From Octopus sinensis (Eukaryota): 64,000 bases of DNA. Positions 24,545-36,140 of the stretch are shown piece after piece. The notes beneath the pieces are model-generated. The model did not search any database and had not been told where the DNA came from. It saw only the letters and a program-made list of their open reading frames with translations. Position 1 is the first letter of the stretch; each line of letters starts with the position of its first letter. A program made the position numbers and the translations under genes. Location of the stretch: contig NC_042998.1 of the NCBI RefSeq assembly GCF_006345805.1, forward strand, positions 110,794,001 to 110,858,000, read 5' to 3'.

Positions 24545-25290
24545 TGTTGTTGATTGAAGGTATTGTGTCTAGCGGGGGATTTTACTGTCTCTCAAGTCAC
24601 AGCAATATGTGTGCAGTTCCAAGTAATGCCGTTTTTTGCAATACACCTAGATTGTTAGATATATCTGAAGTTTACAGATATTTCTTCAAGTTGGGTGGTA
24701 TTGAACCCAATGCTCTGATGACAACAGGGACAAACTTTATATTTAACTCTCACAGCTGCCACATTGTAACGATCTCGATTCTCATGACTCCATATTTATC
24801 AATCATTTCTCTTTTATTATAATATGTTGATCTCCTAGCACTGCTACGTCGATTAATAGGCACTCTTGTTTGTCCTTCCTAAATGGTACTATATCCGGCT
24901 TTCGGTGTTCTATTACCTTATCTGTCTGGAAGACTAAGTCCCAGAGGAATTTTGCCTTCCCCTTTCCGTCCATTACTTTTCTGGTTTATGTTGGTACCAA
25001 GCACTCGTTACCTCGTGTCCATAGTTCCGGTATAGTAGCCAGTGAAGGTTTTGAGCTACCTTGTCGTGTCTCCGTTTGTACTCATTCTTAGCATGATGCT
25101 GACGAGCACCAGCAATGTAAGTCATGCCGTACCTTTTAAGAGAATGTTGCACTTTCAGCATGGATGGTAATCCAGGTATCATTTAAAAATAATTTTCTGT
25201 TCCTCTTTCGGTCATTTAAACTGCTCCTGCATGCAATCACTGGTACTGTAACCGTCTTGAGATGCCATCTGTGTTCCTACTACCGTGTGG
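24545..25290 (-). pseudogene. R4/Dong-type LINE 3' fragment (RHD motif plus RLE endonuclease)
   Basis: EYKRRHDKVAQNLHW...WYQHKPEK, LWDLVFQTDKVIEHRKPDIV...LLIDVAV, VPVVIRALG. Confidence 0.85.
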
Positions 25291-25638
25291 TATTATTAAA
25301 TATTGTTTAGTTTCAACTTTTGTCTTGTACTGGAGATAATAATAAATATGTGAGGGTTAAAGGGAGTAGTAGCAGAAAGAGAAGCAGCTTGGTGAATAGA
25401 AGAAATTCTACGGGTCTGTAAATAGGTTCAGCATATGGTGAGAAGGAGATCAAGAATTGGGCTTCGCATATCTGTGCGATCAGGAGACAAATGAATCGTT
25501 ACACCCTTGCGGTTTGCTGAAGTCAAATGTGTTTACTACTACTAGCGATCAATGAGAGCGCTGACCTTGGCCTTGGAAGGAACCAATCCACCTTGTTCTG
25601 TTTTTAATTTCTGATAGAAAAGATAATATATATATATA

Positions 25639-25765
25639 TTGCAGCGTGGAAGGTGTTTATAAGCCATTTAAGAAACACACAAAAACCGTTAGATTCACTT
25701 CATTTAAATTTAATTTGTCAATATTTTCGTCGATTTGAGACCGCGACCTGTTCACGGACAAAATT
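25639..25765 (-). mobile_element. Copy of the 5847 family carrying a G3-C8 variant hammerhead (25714-25762)
   Basis: Minus strand ttgtcc-GTGAACA-g-gtcgc-ggtctcaaa-tcgac-GAAA-ata-t-tgacaa; begins next to a TA tract. Confidence 0.75.
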
Positions 25766-26363
25766 ATGTGCTGCATCTGAGAAAGTAACAGTTAGTTCAT
25801 GATATATATGTGCGTATGTGTGTATGTATGTATGTATGTATGTATGTATGTATGTATGTATGTATGTGCGTACGTATGTATGTGTGTACTTGTATGTGCG
25901 CATGCATGTGTGCATACCTATACGTATGTATGTATGTATGTATGTAAGTATGTACGTATGTACTTACGTATATATGTGAGTATTTAGGAGAGTGTGTAGA
26001 CGTGTCTGTGTGTGTCTACATATGTATGTACATGTGAACGTATGTTTATGTACTGATATGTGTCAGTTCAAGTTGTATACATGACTGTTACTTTGTTGAA
26101 GGTTGTATATAGACACATATACATGTATATAGACACACACACATATATATGTGTGTGTGCGTTTGTCCCTCTCACCACCGTCTAACGGTGAATGGATACA
26201 ACGTCTTGCATATATATATGCACATATAACCTTATACATATATACAAGTACACACAATCATATAGACACTTACACATACAAATATACGTATAATCTTAAA
26301 GTACCCACACAAATACGCGTATCCATCTCTACATACATACACAAACACACACACAACATATAT

Positions 26364-26415
<52 letters not shown>

Positions 26416-26444
26416 TATATATATTATATATATATATATATATA

Positions 26445-26745
26445 ATGTTATTATGGCTGCCCCCTCGTTATCGAATATGGCTATTGCACGAAGCTTAACT
26501 GTTACTGGTGCTATGATCGAATGTGACTTTTTTAGCCTAGCTAAAGATCTACAATGTCGTGTACAGAATTAGCAACTAATACCTTTACCGGTAATAGCGG
26601 CTGTAGTTGTAACTGGGCTTCATGTACCTTTGCATGTCGCTTAAGTCCTCCTGCCGAATTACACTCTCTTCCACATGCCCGACAGATATGATTAGTATGG
26701 TGTGTTACACCACCACCAGTGGCCAGGTTGTCACTCATCTGTCTC
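26445..26745 (-). mobile_element. RTE-clade LINE 3' end
   Basis: CRACGRECNSAGGLKRHAKVH C2H2-like motif; terminal ggggcagccat plus short taa tail into a TA tract. Confidence 0.7.
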
Positions 26746-26799
26746 ATTGATTGATTGATTGAATTGATTAACTATTTCATGATTGTTGATGGCACTGTG

Positions 26800-27128
26800 A
26801 GTTTCAACTGAATGGCTGGCTGTAGGCTTAAAAAGCAAAAAATCAATGATGTACCAAAACAGTATAAAAATAAATGGCAGTAAGGACTCTGGAATCACAT
26901 CAGCTGAAATAGTCTGGCCCGGCAGGGGCTCCAGAGCATCACAGTCTGAACCCGGCCGTCATCATGCTACTGTGATAGAACCAAAGAAAATATTGAATAT
27001 TGGCTGTTGGAATGTACGGACACTGCTTGACCGCAAGTCCTCTGAATGTCCTGAAAGAAGGACTGCGCTTGTTGCGAAGGATCTTGAACACTATGATCTT
27101 GACATGGTTGCTTTATCTGAGATAATAA
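26800..27128 (+). pseudogene. RTE-clade LINE 5' fragment (start of APE endonuclease)
   Basis: LNIGCWNVRTLLD...PERRTALVAKDLEHYDLDMVALSE is the typical RTE/BovB endonuclease N-terminus. Confidence 0.88.
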
Positions 27129-27378
27129 GTTTAAGTCACTGAAGCTGTTTGTATACAAGAATACAAACTCACTCTCAACCGAAAATCCGAATGGGGTAAC
27201 ATCCAGATTCCACTCGGAAGTACCATTCGTTCTGAGTTCAAATTCTGCTGAGGTTGACTTTGCCTTTCAGCCTTTCGGGGTTTATAGATTAAATACCAGT
27301 AAAACACTGGAGTCGATTTAATCGACTAGGCTCCTCCCTCCAAATTTCAGGCCTTGTGCCTATAGTAGAAATGATTCT

Positions 27379-27412
<34 letters not shown>

Positions 27413-27494
27413 TGTATGTATGTATGTATGTATGTATGTATGTATGTATGTATATATATATATATATAATATATATATATATATATTATATATA

Positions 27495-27530
<36 letters not shown>

Positions 27531-28243
27531 TGTATGTATATATATACATAAATATATATATATATATATATAATATATATATATATATACATATACATAC
27601 ATATGACACTCTTTACAAGTTCAACGATTAAAATTCAAATTTGCTTAATTTTATTCTATTTATTTATTATTTTTACATGCATACACATACAATACATACA
27701 TATATCTACACATACTTATATGTGCATGCATGTACATGCTTATACACTAACATGCACAACATACAACACATGCACACACGTAAACACACGTACACACACA
27801 TATACATCTACACATACATACATACGTATCACACAATGTATGCTCATACGGTTATATATAACTGAATATTTGATTTTAGTATCATGCATTTCAACATGCA
27901 TTACCACATATAAATGAGAGAGAGGAGTGGTTATAGAATGGTACTTCCGAGGGGAATCTGGATGTTACCCCATTCGGATTTTCGGTTGAGAGTGGGTTTA
28001 AGTCACTGAAGCTGTCTGTATACAAGAATACAAACTCACTCTCAACTGAAAATCCGAATGGGGTAACATCTAGATTCCACTCGGAAGTACCATTCGTTCT
28101 GAGTTCAAATTCTGCTGAGGTTGACTTTGCCTTTCGGCCTTTCGGGGTTTATAGATTAAATACCAGTAAAATACTGGAGTCGATTGAATCGACTAGGCTC
28201 CTCCCTCCAAATTTCAGACCTTGTGCCTATAGTAGAAAGGATT
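27129..28243 (+). repeat. About 248-bp direct duplication (27129-27376 and 27996-28243), each ending in a SINE 3' part; second copy preceded by an inverted arm
   Basis: Near-identical sequences; 27936-27999 is the reverse complement of about 28032-28095. Confidence 0.85.
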
Positions 28244-28261
28244 ATTATAATTATCATCATT

Positions 28262-28410
<149 letters not shown>

Positions 28411-28467
28411 AGTGGTGTTGACTGGGAAAATCGTTGGTGCGTCATGAAAACATTAGCTAGCATATTT

Positions 28468-28788
28468 GTGAGGGCGCGTGGCTTAGTGGTTAGGGCATTC
28501 GGCTCATGATCGTAAGGTTGTGAGTTCGATTCCCGGCGACGCGTTGTGTCCTTGAGCAAGACACTTTATTTCACGTTGCTCCAGTCCACTCAGCTGGCAA
28601 AAATGAGTTGTACTTGTATTTCAAAGGGTCAGCCTTGTCACTCTCTGTGTCACGCTGATTATCCCCGAGAACTACGTTAAGGGTACACGTGTCTGTGGAA
28701 TGCTCAGCCATTTGCACGTTAATTTCACGAGCAGACTGTTCCGTTGATCGTATCAGCTGGGACCCTCGTCGTCGTAACCGGCGGAGTC
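28468..28788 (+). mobile_element. Full-length tRNA-derived SINE with 15-bp TSD, nested in an older SINE
   Basis: TSD ttagctagcatattt at 28453-28467 and 28789-28803; A box tggcttagtggtt, B box gagttcgattccc. Confidence 0.93.
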
Positions 28789-28937
28789 TTAGCTAGCATA
28801 TTTACTTTTACTTTTCTCATTTGGAGTTCAAATCCAGCTCTAATTAGCTTTGACTTTCTTTGCTCTCAGGTCTATAAAAATAAATACCAGTTAAGCAGTA
28901 GCTAGATTTATTTAGCTAGTATTATCCCAACTGTGAA

Positions 28938-29065
28938 ATCGCATGATTCAGTGGTTAGAGCGTCGATCTTACGACCGTGTGGTTGTGTGATCGAATCCCG
29001 GACCGGGCTGTGGGTCGTGTTCTTTATTTCACGTTGCACCAGTTCACTCAGCTGTAGAAATGTGT
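28938..29065 (+). mobile_element. Degenerate tRNA-SINE head (a related head lies at 39125-39245)
   Basis: cagtggttagagc...gatcgaatcccggaccggg...tttatttcacgttgc. Confidence 0.7.
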
Positions 29066-31338
29066 ACTTATCTGGTATTGAGCGTTACCGAATTTTGAGG
29101 TTATCTTGAACTGCTGCTTCTGCGTGTGGAACAGGTCCTGCTATCGACTTACGCCAAAAGGTTTGGGCATGAATGCGGTTTTTCTCTGTCTGGTGACTAT
29201 AGCGAAGCGGTTGCGATGCAGACAAGCTGGAAAGGAATATAACAGTAAAGTGGCAAGAGATTCCTTCTTGTGAATTTGTTACCTGATGGAGGACTGTGGT
29301 GAAAATGATTAGTGGATCGTACTACTTTCAGCACATGTCTAGAGATCGAAGAAAAAGCGCTGGAAGAGGCACATACTATTGGAAGCCAGAGTGGCTTATA
29401 TCTGTGGGGGTTCTATAATTGACCCAAGTTTCAGGCGCTCCTGTAAAAGAACATATCATACCATTAACTATATAGATTTATATGTATATTTCCTTTTATT
29501 TCATCCTCCTGTTCTTCTCACCTTATTTTATGTAAGCCTACTCAAATTGTAAGCTGTTTTGGGATATCTTTTTCATCTGATAGAGTATGGCAAAATAAAG
29601 AAGACATTTATCAGCATCCTCATCATCAAATACTATTATCATGGCAACCACCTTCATCACCATCATAATCATCATCATTGTGACTATCAACATCATAATT
29701 ACAACGCCAACACCATCAAAACTCTCTCACCACCTCACCTTAAACATCATCCCCAACATTTTCAGTATCAACAATCATCATCACTACCACCATTATCCCC
29801 ATTATTATTACCACCAACACCATCAACACCACGACCATTTCGCTTTTACTTTTGTGATCCTTAAATAAATTCTCCTGTGTTTTCTTCATCTTTGAAGTAC
29901 TGTATTTCACCATTTAGTTATGTGCCATAGTTTGTTTGGAATGATTCTTTGATTGAACCTTATTCCACATGATGGAGGCTAATTGAATAAGAAATAAGAA
30001 GCGATTGTTTTCTTCGCGATATTCTAGGGAATTTCTAATTTAGTTTTATGTTTACATCAAAGCTCCAAACAAAATATAATATCGTAGATGAATGCATTTG
30101 GCAATCGAGATTGAAGCGTAATAAAATATCTGATGGTATTTTAAGAACTATTAGTAGTTTCGAAATAAAATAATTCCAATAAATGTAATTTTATCCCGGG
30201 TCTCAAAGAGATAAAACTTGACTTTTAATGAGATATAATTTATCACGCTAATTTTGAATCTTGATATTAATCGTCTTATCAAGTTTAACTTCGTTAGCCT
30301 TTGCTTTATATTGATCTTGCACTTATTTTTAAATAAAAGGAAGTGAAACACGCTCTCATAAAAATTAGAACATAACTCTGTAAAGATTCCATTGATATAA
30401 AATGACTAATATATGTTAGCTATAAAAAGTTTAGTTGAAGTCAGAATAGACAAACACACACACACATATGCACATACACACGCACGCACGGACACACACG
30501 CACGGACACACACGCACGGACACACACGCACGGACACACACACACACACATGTATAGAATGGGCTTCTTTCAGTTTCTGTCTACCAAATCCACTAACAAT
30601 GTTTTAGTAGACCAAAGGCTATAAAGAAAACACTTCCCCAAGTTACCACATGGTGGAACTAAACCCGGAACTAAGTGGTTGGGTAGCAAGATTGTTACCA
30701 CACAGACACACCTGCACCTATAAATTTATCAAGATCTTCATAAATTTTCTTTTTATCCTGCAGTTGCAAAGTACAAGAGGAATTTTTGTATATATGCGCT
30801 TATAATTGTGATCATGCTATCAACGTCGAAGACGTTAAAATTGATGCATGAATTCGAAACAGAGTAGCAAAAAGAAAGAAAAAACATTTTGCAAAAGGGT
30901 ACATTTTGCAAAAGGGTACATTTTGCAAAAGGGTACATGGTGGTTTTCTGAAAATAGCGAATTAAAACTTGAAATGAAAACATTGAAATTAATATATATT
31001 AAATAATCATTAATGAAAATACAGAAAGAGAGATTGTTGCAAATGAAAACGGAAAATTTCGCCTGCCACAAATAATATTGTTTGATAAATCTACTCTGCA
31101 GTGAAGGTAACGAATATTTAAATTTGCGAAAAACTTGTAGGTCACATATTCAATAACCTTAAAAACTATAAATTATAGGAAATGTTTGGGAACATGAATT
31201 TATAAAAAAATTTGCAGACGACCAAGCCTTTAATAATTGCTTACTTTTAGTAACTTTTACATACCTGATTAATAAGTAGTCTTCTCTATTATAATATAGA
31301 TGTATTTAATGGACTAATTTGCCCCAGTCTGTTTTGGT

Positions 31339-31380
<42 letters not shown>

Positions 31381-31384
<4 letters not shown>

Positions 31385-31634
31385 GTAAAATATGAAAAAT
31401 CAACGAAAATGCATATTGCAAATAGAAAAAGGCTATTTATGACAGGTAGTGACAAATATATACATTTAGATTGACATTTCGGTAGTATTACGAGTCATAA
31501 AGGTCATTATTATGAGATGATCATATCATGATAATAATAAAGTAAAAGAACAAAACGAACCAATGGTTTACGCGAAGGCTAGCCTTTTTCTATTTGCAAC
31601 ATGCATTTTCATTGATTTTTCATATTTTACCCTT
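31381..31634. mobile_element. Foldback element with 55-bp inverted arms inside (TA)n
   Basis: 31381-31435 versus 31580-31634 with 2 mismatches; TA tracts on both sides. Confidence 0.85.
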
Positions 31635-31654
31635 ATATATATATATATATATAT

Positions 31655-33466
31655 CAACTTGCGAACGACTGTGAAGTTGATGAGACGTCTTGGTTCTCTA
31701 ATCAGTTGTACGAATTGTTCTTGTGGTTGTTGTATCTCTGCCTTTATTTGTTTCTGTTTTGGTGATTTTTATAGTTGTGTTTATGGTTGAATAAGTTTGT
31801 ATTGCTTTTGTTGTCGGGATTTGGGTGAGTGTGTTGTTGTTGTTAGTGTAGCTGATGGGTTAGGTGAAGTTTCTTCGTTCTGTCTCTTCACTTTTAGCTT
31901 AGGATGGACTATTCTGTTCTGTATTTTACCAACACAAGTCTCTCTTGGGGGATTCAATTCCTCTTCGTCGCATGATAAGTCTTCTGAAACATCAGTCAGG
32001 ACTACATGGTGTATATGTCTCACCCGTCTGTAGGGATAGTCAGGCGTTGCTTGCTTCCAGTGCTACAGTTGTTGGCGCCATTGTTGTGAGATTCTGCTGT
32101 TGAAGATGTTTCTTTAATGGCTGTTGCTGCACTGATTGTCGTTGCAGCTTTTGGCCTTACAGTGGTGGTGTTTGCAGAGCCGCCGTCCCTCGAGCTCCAG
32201 TGTGTGCAGTGGGCATTGAAATGGGCGTTAGGCCCACAAGTGTGGTACCTTATCATTCTGCTTTCCACCACGACCTGAAGTTGTGCATTGATCGGCAGCT
32301 AGGTAAGGTCTTCCACACGATTCCATACCAGTTCTGCTCCCGATATTTTTTTAAATTTCTAGAAGTGCCCATGGGCCTTCGACCACAGTGCACACAACCA
32401 ACCACCAAATTCTGGTGGCACAACTGATATTTTAACTATCACCATCCGCCGTCCAAGATATGTGTGAAGGAAAAGATCTTCGTATTTGCACTGGACCATT
32501 GAGTGTTTTGGGGTCAGTGCCTCTGTGAGGAACCTGAATCATATTATTTTCCTCGTGTGAGGAAATCAATATCAGTCCAAATGCCCTTCAAGCATTTTTC
32601 TACTAGGATATGTAGTGCATTGAAAATTGTCCTCGTCTCTAGCGACATACATCTATATATGATGGTCCATTTGGCCGTCTTCTCCAGCAAATCTGAAGGG
32701 ATACCATGCTTGGTTTTCCTATCCCCTCTATTGAGAAGTTTTTCTGCTTCACTCATGTACGCATGTTTTCCTTCCAGGAGTTGTTTTTATCGTTACTGTT
32801 ATTGGTGGTGTTGATTATATCGTTTTTGCTGCTGGCATTGTTCCTATTGTTGGTGTTAGTCGGCGCCAAAGGGACGTTCTTGCTTTTGGTGTTATTCATA
32901 TTGTTGGCTGAAGTAGCCCAACTACTTGCTAAAACTGGAGAATTTATATTGTAGCTGAGCTGCTGATTTTTCTCTCCCGTCAAAGCTTTATTGTTGTTGC
33001 TGCTACTGTCGCTGTTGTTGTTGGTGGTGTTTGTAGTGATTGTGGCAGATGTGATGGTGGCGGTGATGTCGGAGTTGTGGTTTGTGATTGAGATTGTCAT
33101 CTTGTTTTACATGCTTGCTTTACTAGTAGTCACGCCAACTGGCAATAAACTGTTACCCTCTCATTATTTTGTGACAAGACACTTCTCTGCCCCTCCCCCC
33201 TTCCCTGATCGACGACTGAAACTCCCTGTTGCTACAATCGAACAAAAGTCAAAACTTCTCCACGTGAAATGAAAAATGGAATAAATTCGGAAAGTCCCCC
33301 AACAGAGGGACTCGCAAAAGAAAAAGAACACACCAGCAAAAGGATCCTTTATTCTCCACACTGGTTGAAAATGCCAGCAAAGCACCGCTATTTTATGGAG
33401 AAAAATGACAATTTTCGAAAACAAAATACGGAGCCGGGGTTAAGCGTGGCTGCCTCGGCTGACTAG
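31655..33466 (-). mobile_element. 5' UTR and degenerate ORF1 (gag-like) of an L1/Tx1-type LINE, 3'-truncated
   Basis: N/T-rich low-complexity N-terminus, middle domain IDFLTRGK, degenerate zinc knuckle YHTCGPNAHFNAHC, T/Q/K-rich tail; multiple frameshifts. Confidence 0.6.
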
Positions 33467-33564
33467 TAACAAAAAAAACAACAAATAATAATAATGATAA
33501 TAATAATAATAATAATAATAAAATAATAATAATACACACACACACACCACACACACACACATAT

Positions 33565-33616
<52 letters not shown>

Positions 33617-35986
33617 TATATAAATATATATAAATATATATAAACAGGGAGATAAATATAAATTTTGATTTATTTTCTGTGCGTTGCCTCATTTTTTCAG
33701 CTGTGCCTTTTTTTTTACACTCATACATACATTCAATCAGACTCACCTAAATACATAGATGTCGGTGGGATAATATCCGCCTCCGCATTTTCTAATCGAA
33801 TTTGAAATATGATCATTTGTTTCTTACAAGCAGATAACTATGCAATATAGTGTATTAAGAGTTCGTAGTATGATTTTCTACGGTCGTTCTATAGTTAAGA
33901 TGGTTGAATCTCAAAATAAAAATTAATTAATTATTTGGCAAATCAAGGTAGTGAGGTGACATGTACGTAACAAAGAATATATTTTCAAAGAAATATCCGA
34001 CAATCCCAGTGCCACTCTAATTCGTCTTGCGAAGAAATAGTCCAGAAAAATAGAATTTATATACTGTTGTGTCTGGGGAGAGTCATTATAGATTTATTGA
34101 TATACTATAAACTTCCAGTCTTCACAAATTAACCGTTGAATATCCAGCAGTATTCTATTTACGAACATTTCATAAATATAACAAATTTCTTCTTTATATT
34201 TGCGAAATATTATTAATTTGGATGCCTAGAAGCAGGATTGGCAAAATGCAAATTTTATAGCAGTAAAGCTTTATTTATGAACAGGGAATTATAAATAAAG
34301 AACTGAGGAAGTGGTGGATTTGTTTTGCTGAGGCAGAATGAAAGAGATCGAAAGCGAGATGTAAAATTGAAGGATAGATTATAGGAGAGTTGAAAAAATA
34401 TAAAGTAAAAAAGATAGGAAAGGTTGAGAAAAGATAAAGTGGCTATAGTTATTTCGAATGAGAATAATCACGACAAATAATGAATTTAATTTTGAGATAA
34501 AGTATAGAAGGAAGGTCAAAGTGAATTTATTAAAAGAACATAGAATGATGATAAAATGGAGATGAGGAGAGCAGATAGGCATGACTTTATATGTGGATGA
34601 CAGACAACATTTTGTTCAGAATAAGCATCGATACGTTTGACGAGTCAAGACGGAGAAGATAAAAATGTGAAGAATGCACATGGAAGACAAAAATAAGAGA
34701 ATAACTGAAATAAGAAATATCATATAAACGATATTTTAGGGACAATAAACAACCATAAGAATAAAGGTATGTCATACTTCTATTCGGTGTAGTTCATACA
34801 TCTAAATAAATGAAGAAGATAATATATAAAACCTAGCGCGATAATATCCGGTCGAAATACATAATTATTATTGCAATTGTTATAGACAAAAGTTTACTAG
34901 AACGACTGTTATAAGATACTCGAAAGTAGGTTTAGATAAAACCAAATTCTTGTTCAAAAGAAGTGGGGATTATAGGTCTTTTATTGGGTGTAGGGATCTA
35001 GTCCTTTTCATTCGCAAAATGAGCCCCCTTTAATTTTGCTCAGATTGCTTTCAATTTTGGTGTATCGATGCAACTCTGAATTTTGATTACGATCAACCAA
35101 TTACCTTATCTCGTAAATTAAAGAATCTGATGTTATTAGGAATTACAGTCGAGAAATTTGGGTAATTTTAGCCAATCAACAGACAGCGTGACATTAGCAG
35201 CTTGTTACCATGTTAATAGCACGCTGTGTTGTGGTTCACTTCACCGTTGTCTGTGCCGCACGTTGTTCATATATTTTTTACACACATACACACACACTCA
35301 GACACACACACACACGCGCACACACACGCACATACATACTCACACACAAACACCCACTTATATATTGATAATGTACAAAAAAACATGACAGGTATACATA
35401 ATACTGAAATACGCATAAAGTAAACACATGCAGACAGATATATTAATATACCAAATAAAAAAAATAATAAAAACGCACAAGTAATGAAAAGACAAAAGAA
35501 AGAGTAAGATGATAAATGTTGATATTTTTAGATATTTCTGTTTATTTAGAAACCTTCAATGAACAGGTCATGTCACACACACTAAACTATAAATTTCACA
35601 GGGTACAACCTTAAAGTTGACACCAGAAAATTTCTGTCTCGTTACTGGCTAAAAATACAGAGTTTTTTTCTGATTTTTAAACCTCTATAACGTTTCTCTC
35701 CTACTTTTTCTTCACAAAATCATACCTTCATAGCAATGAGACTAGAAGATTACCTAATTATAGCTAATTTTCAGATTTTTTAATTCCTTTAAAAAATGCA
35801 TATTTTGCGGTTGAAAAATCTTGATCTGGGTGTAGTAGCGTAAAACGCTTTATAGTAGAAGAGTTGAATATAGAGTTGTACTTACGTAGAGGTGGGTATT
35901 CACAATTTACAATACTGAAAAGTATTTAGACAGAGCTTTCAAACAAAATGGACGTTTAAACCATAAAACCGCATTCCGAACGCTCT

Positions 35987-36140
35987 TACGCGAGGGTGCT
36001 GAGAAGTTCCTGGCGTTTGGTAAAAGAAGATACAGGGGTATCAGTTAATTATGATTTTATTCAACATATTCCCCTCTCGGATGCACACACTTACTGCAGC
36101 AGTTCTTCAGTTTTTCTAAGCCATGTAAGAGAACTTGGAA
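35987..36140 (+). mobile_element. Mariner-type terminal inverted repeat / MITE fragment
   Basis: TA-cgcgagggtgctgagaagttcctggc resembles mariner termini; no partner end found. Confidence 0.45.

Noticed and set aside
30885-30937. Three copies of acattttgcaaaagggt with an internal palindrome
   Set aside because: Simple 17-bp minisatellite with no further structure.
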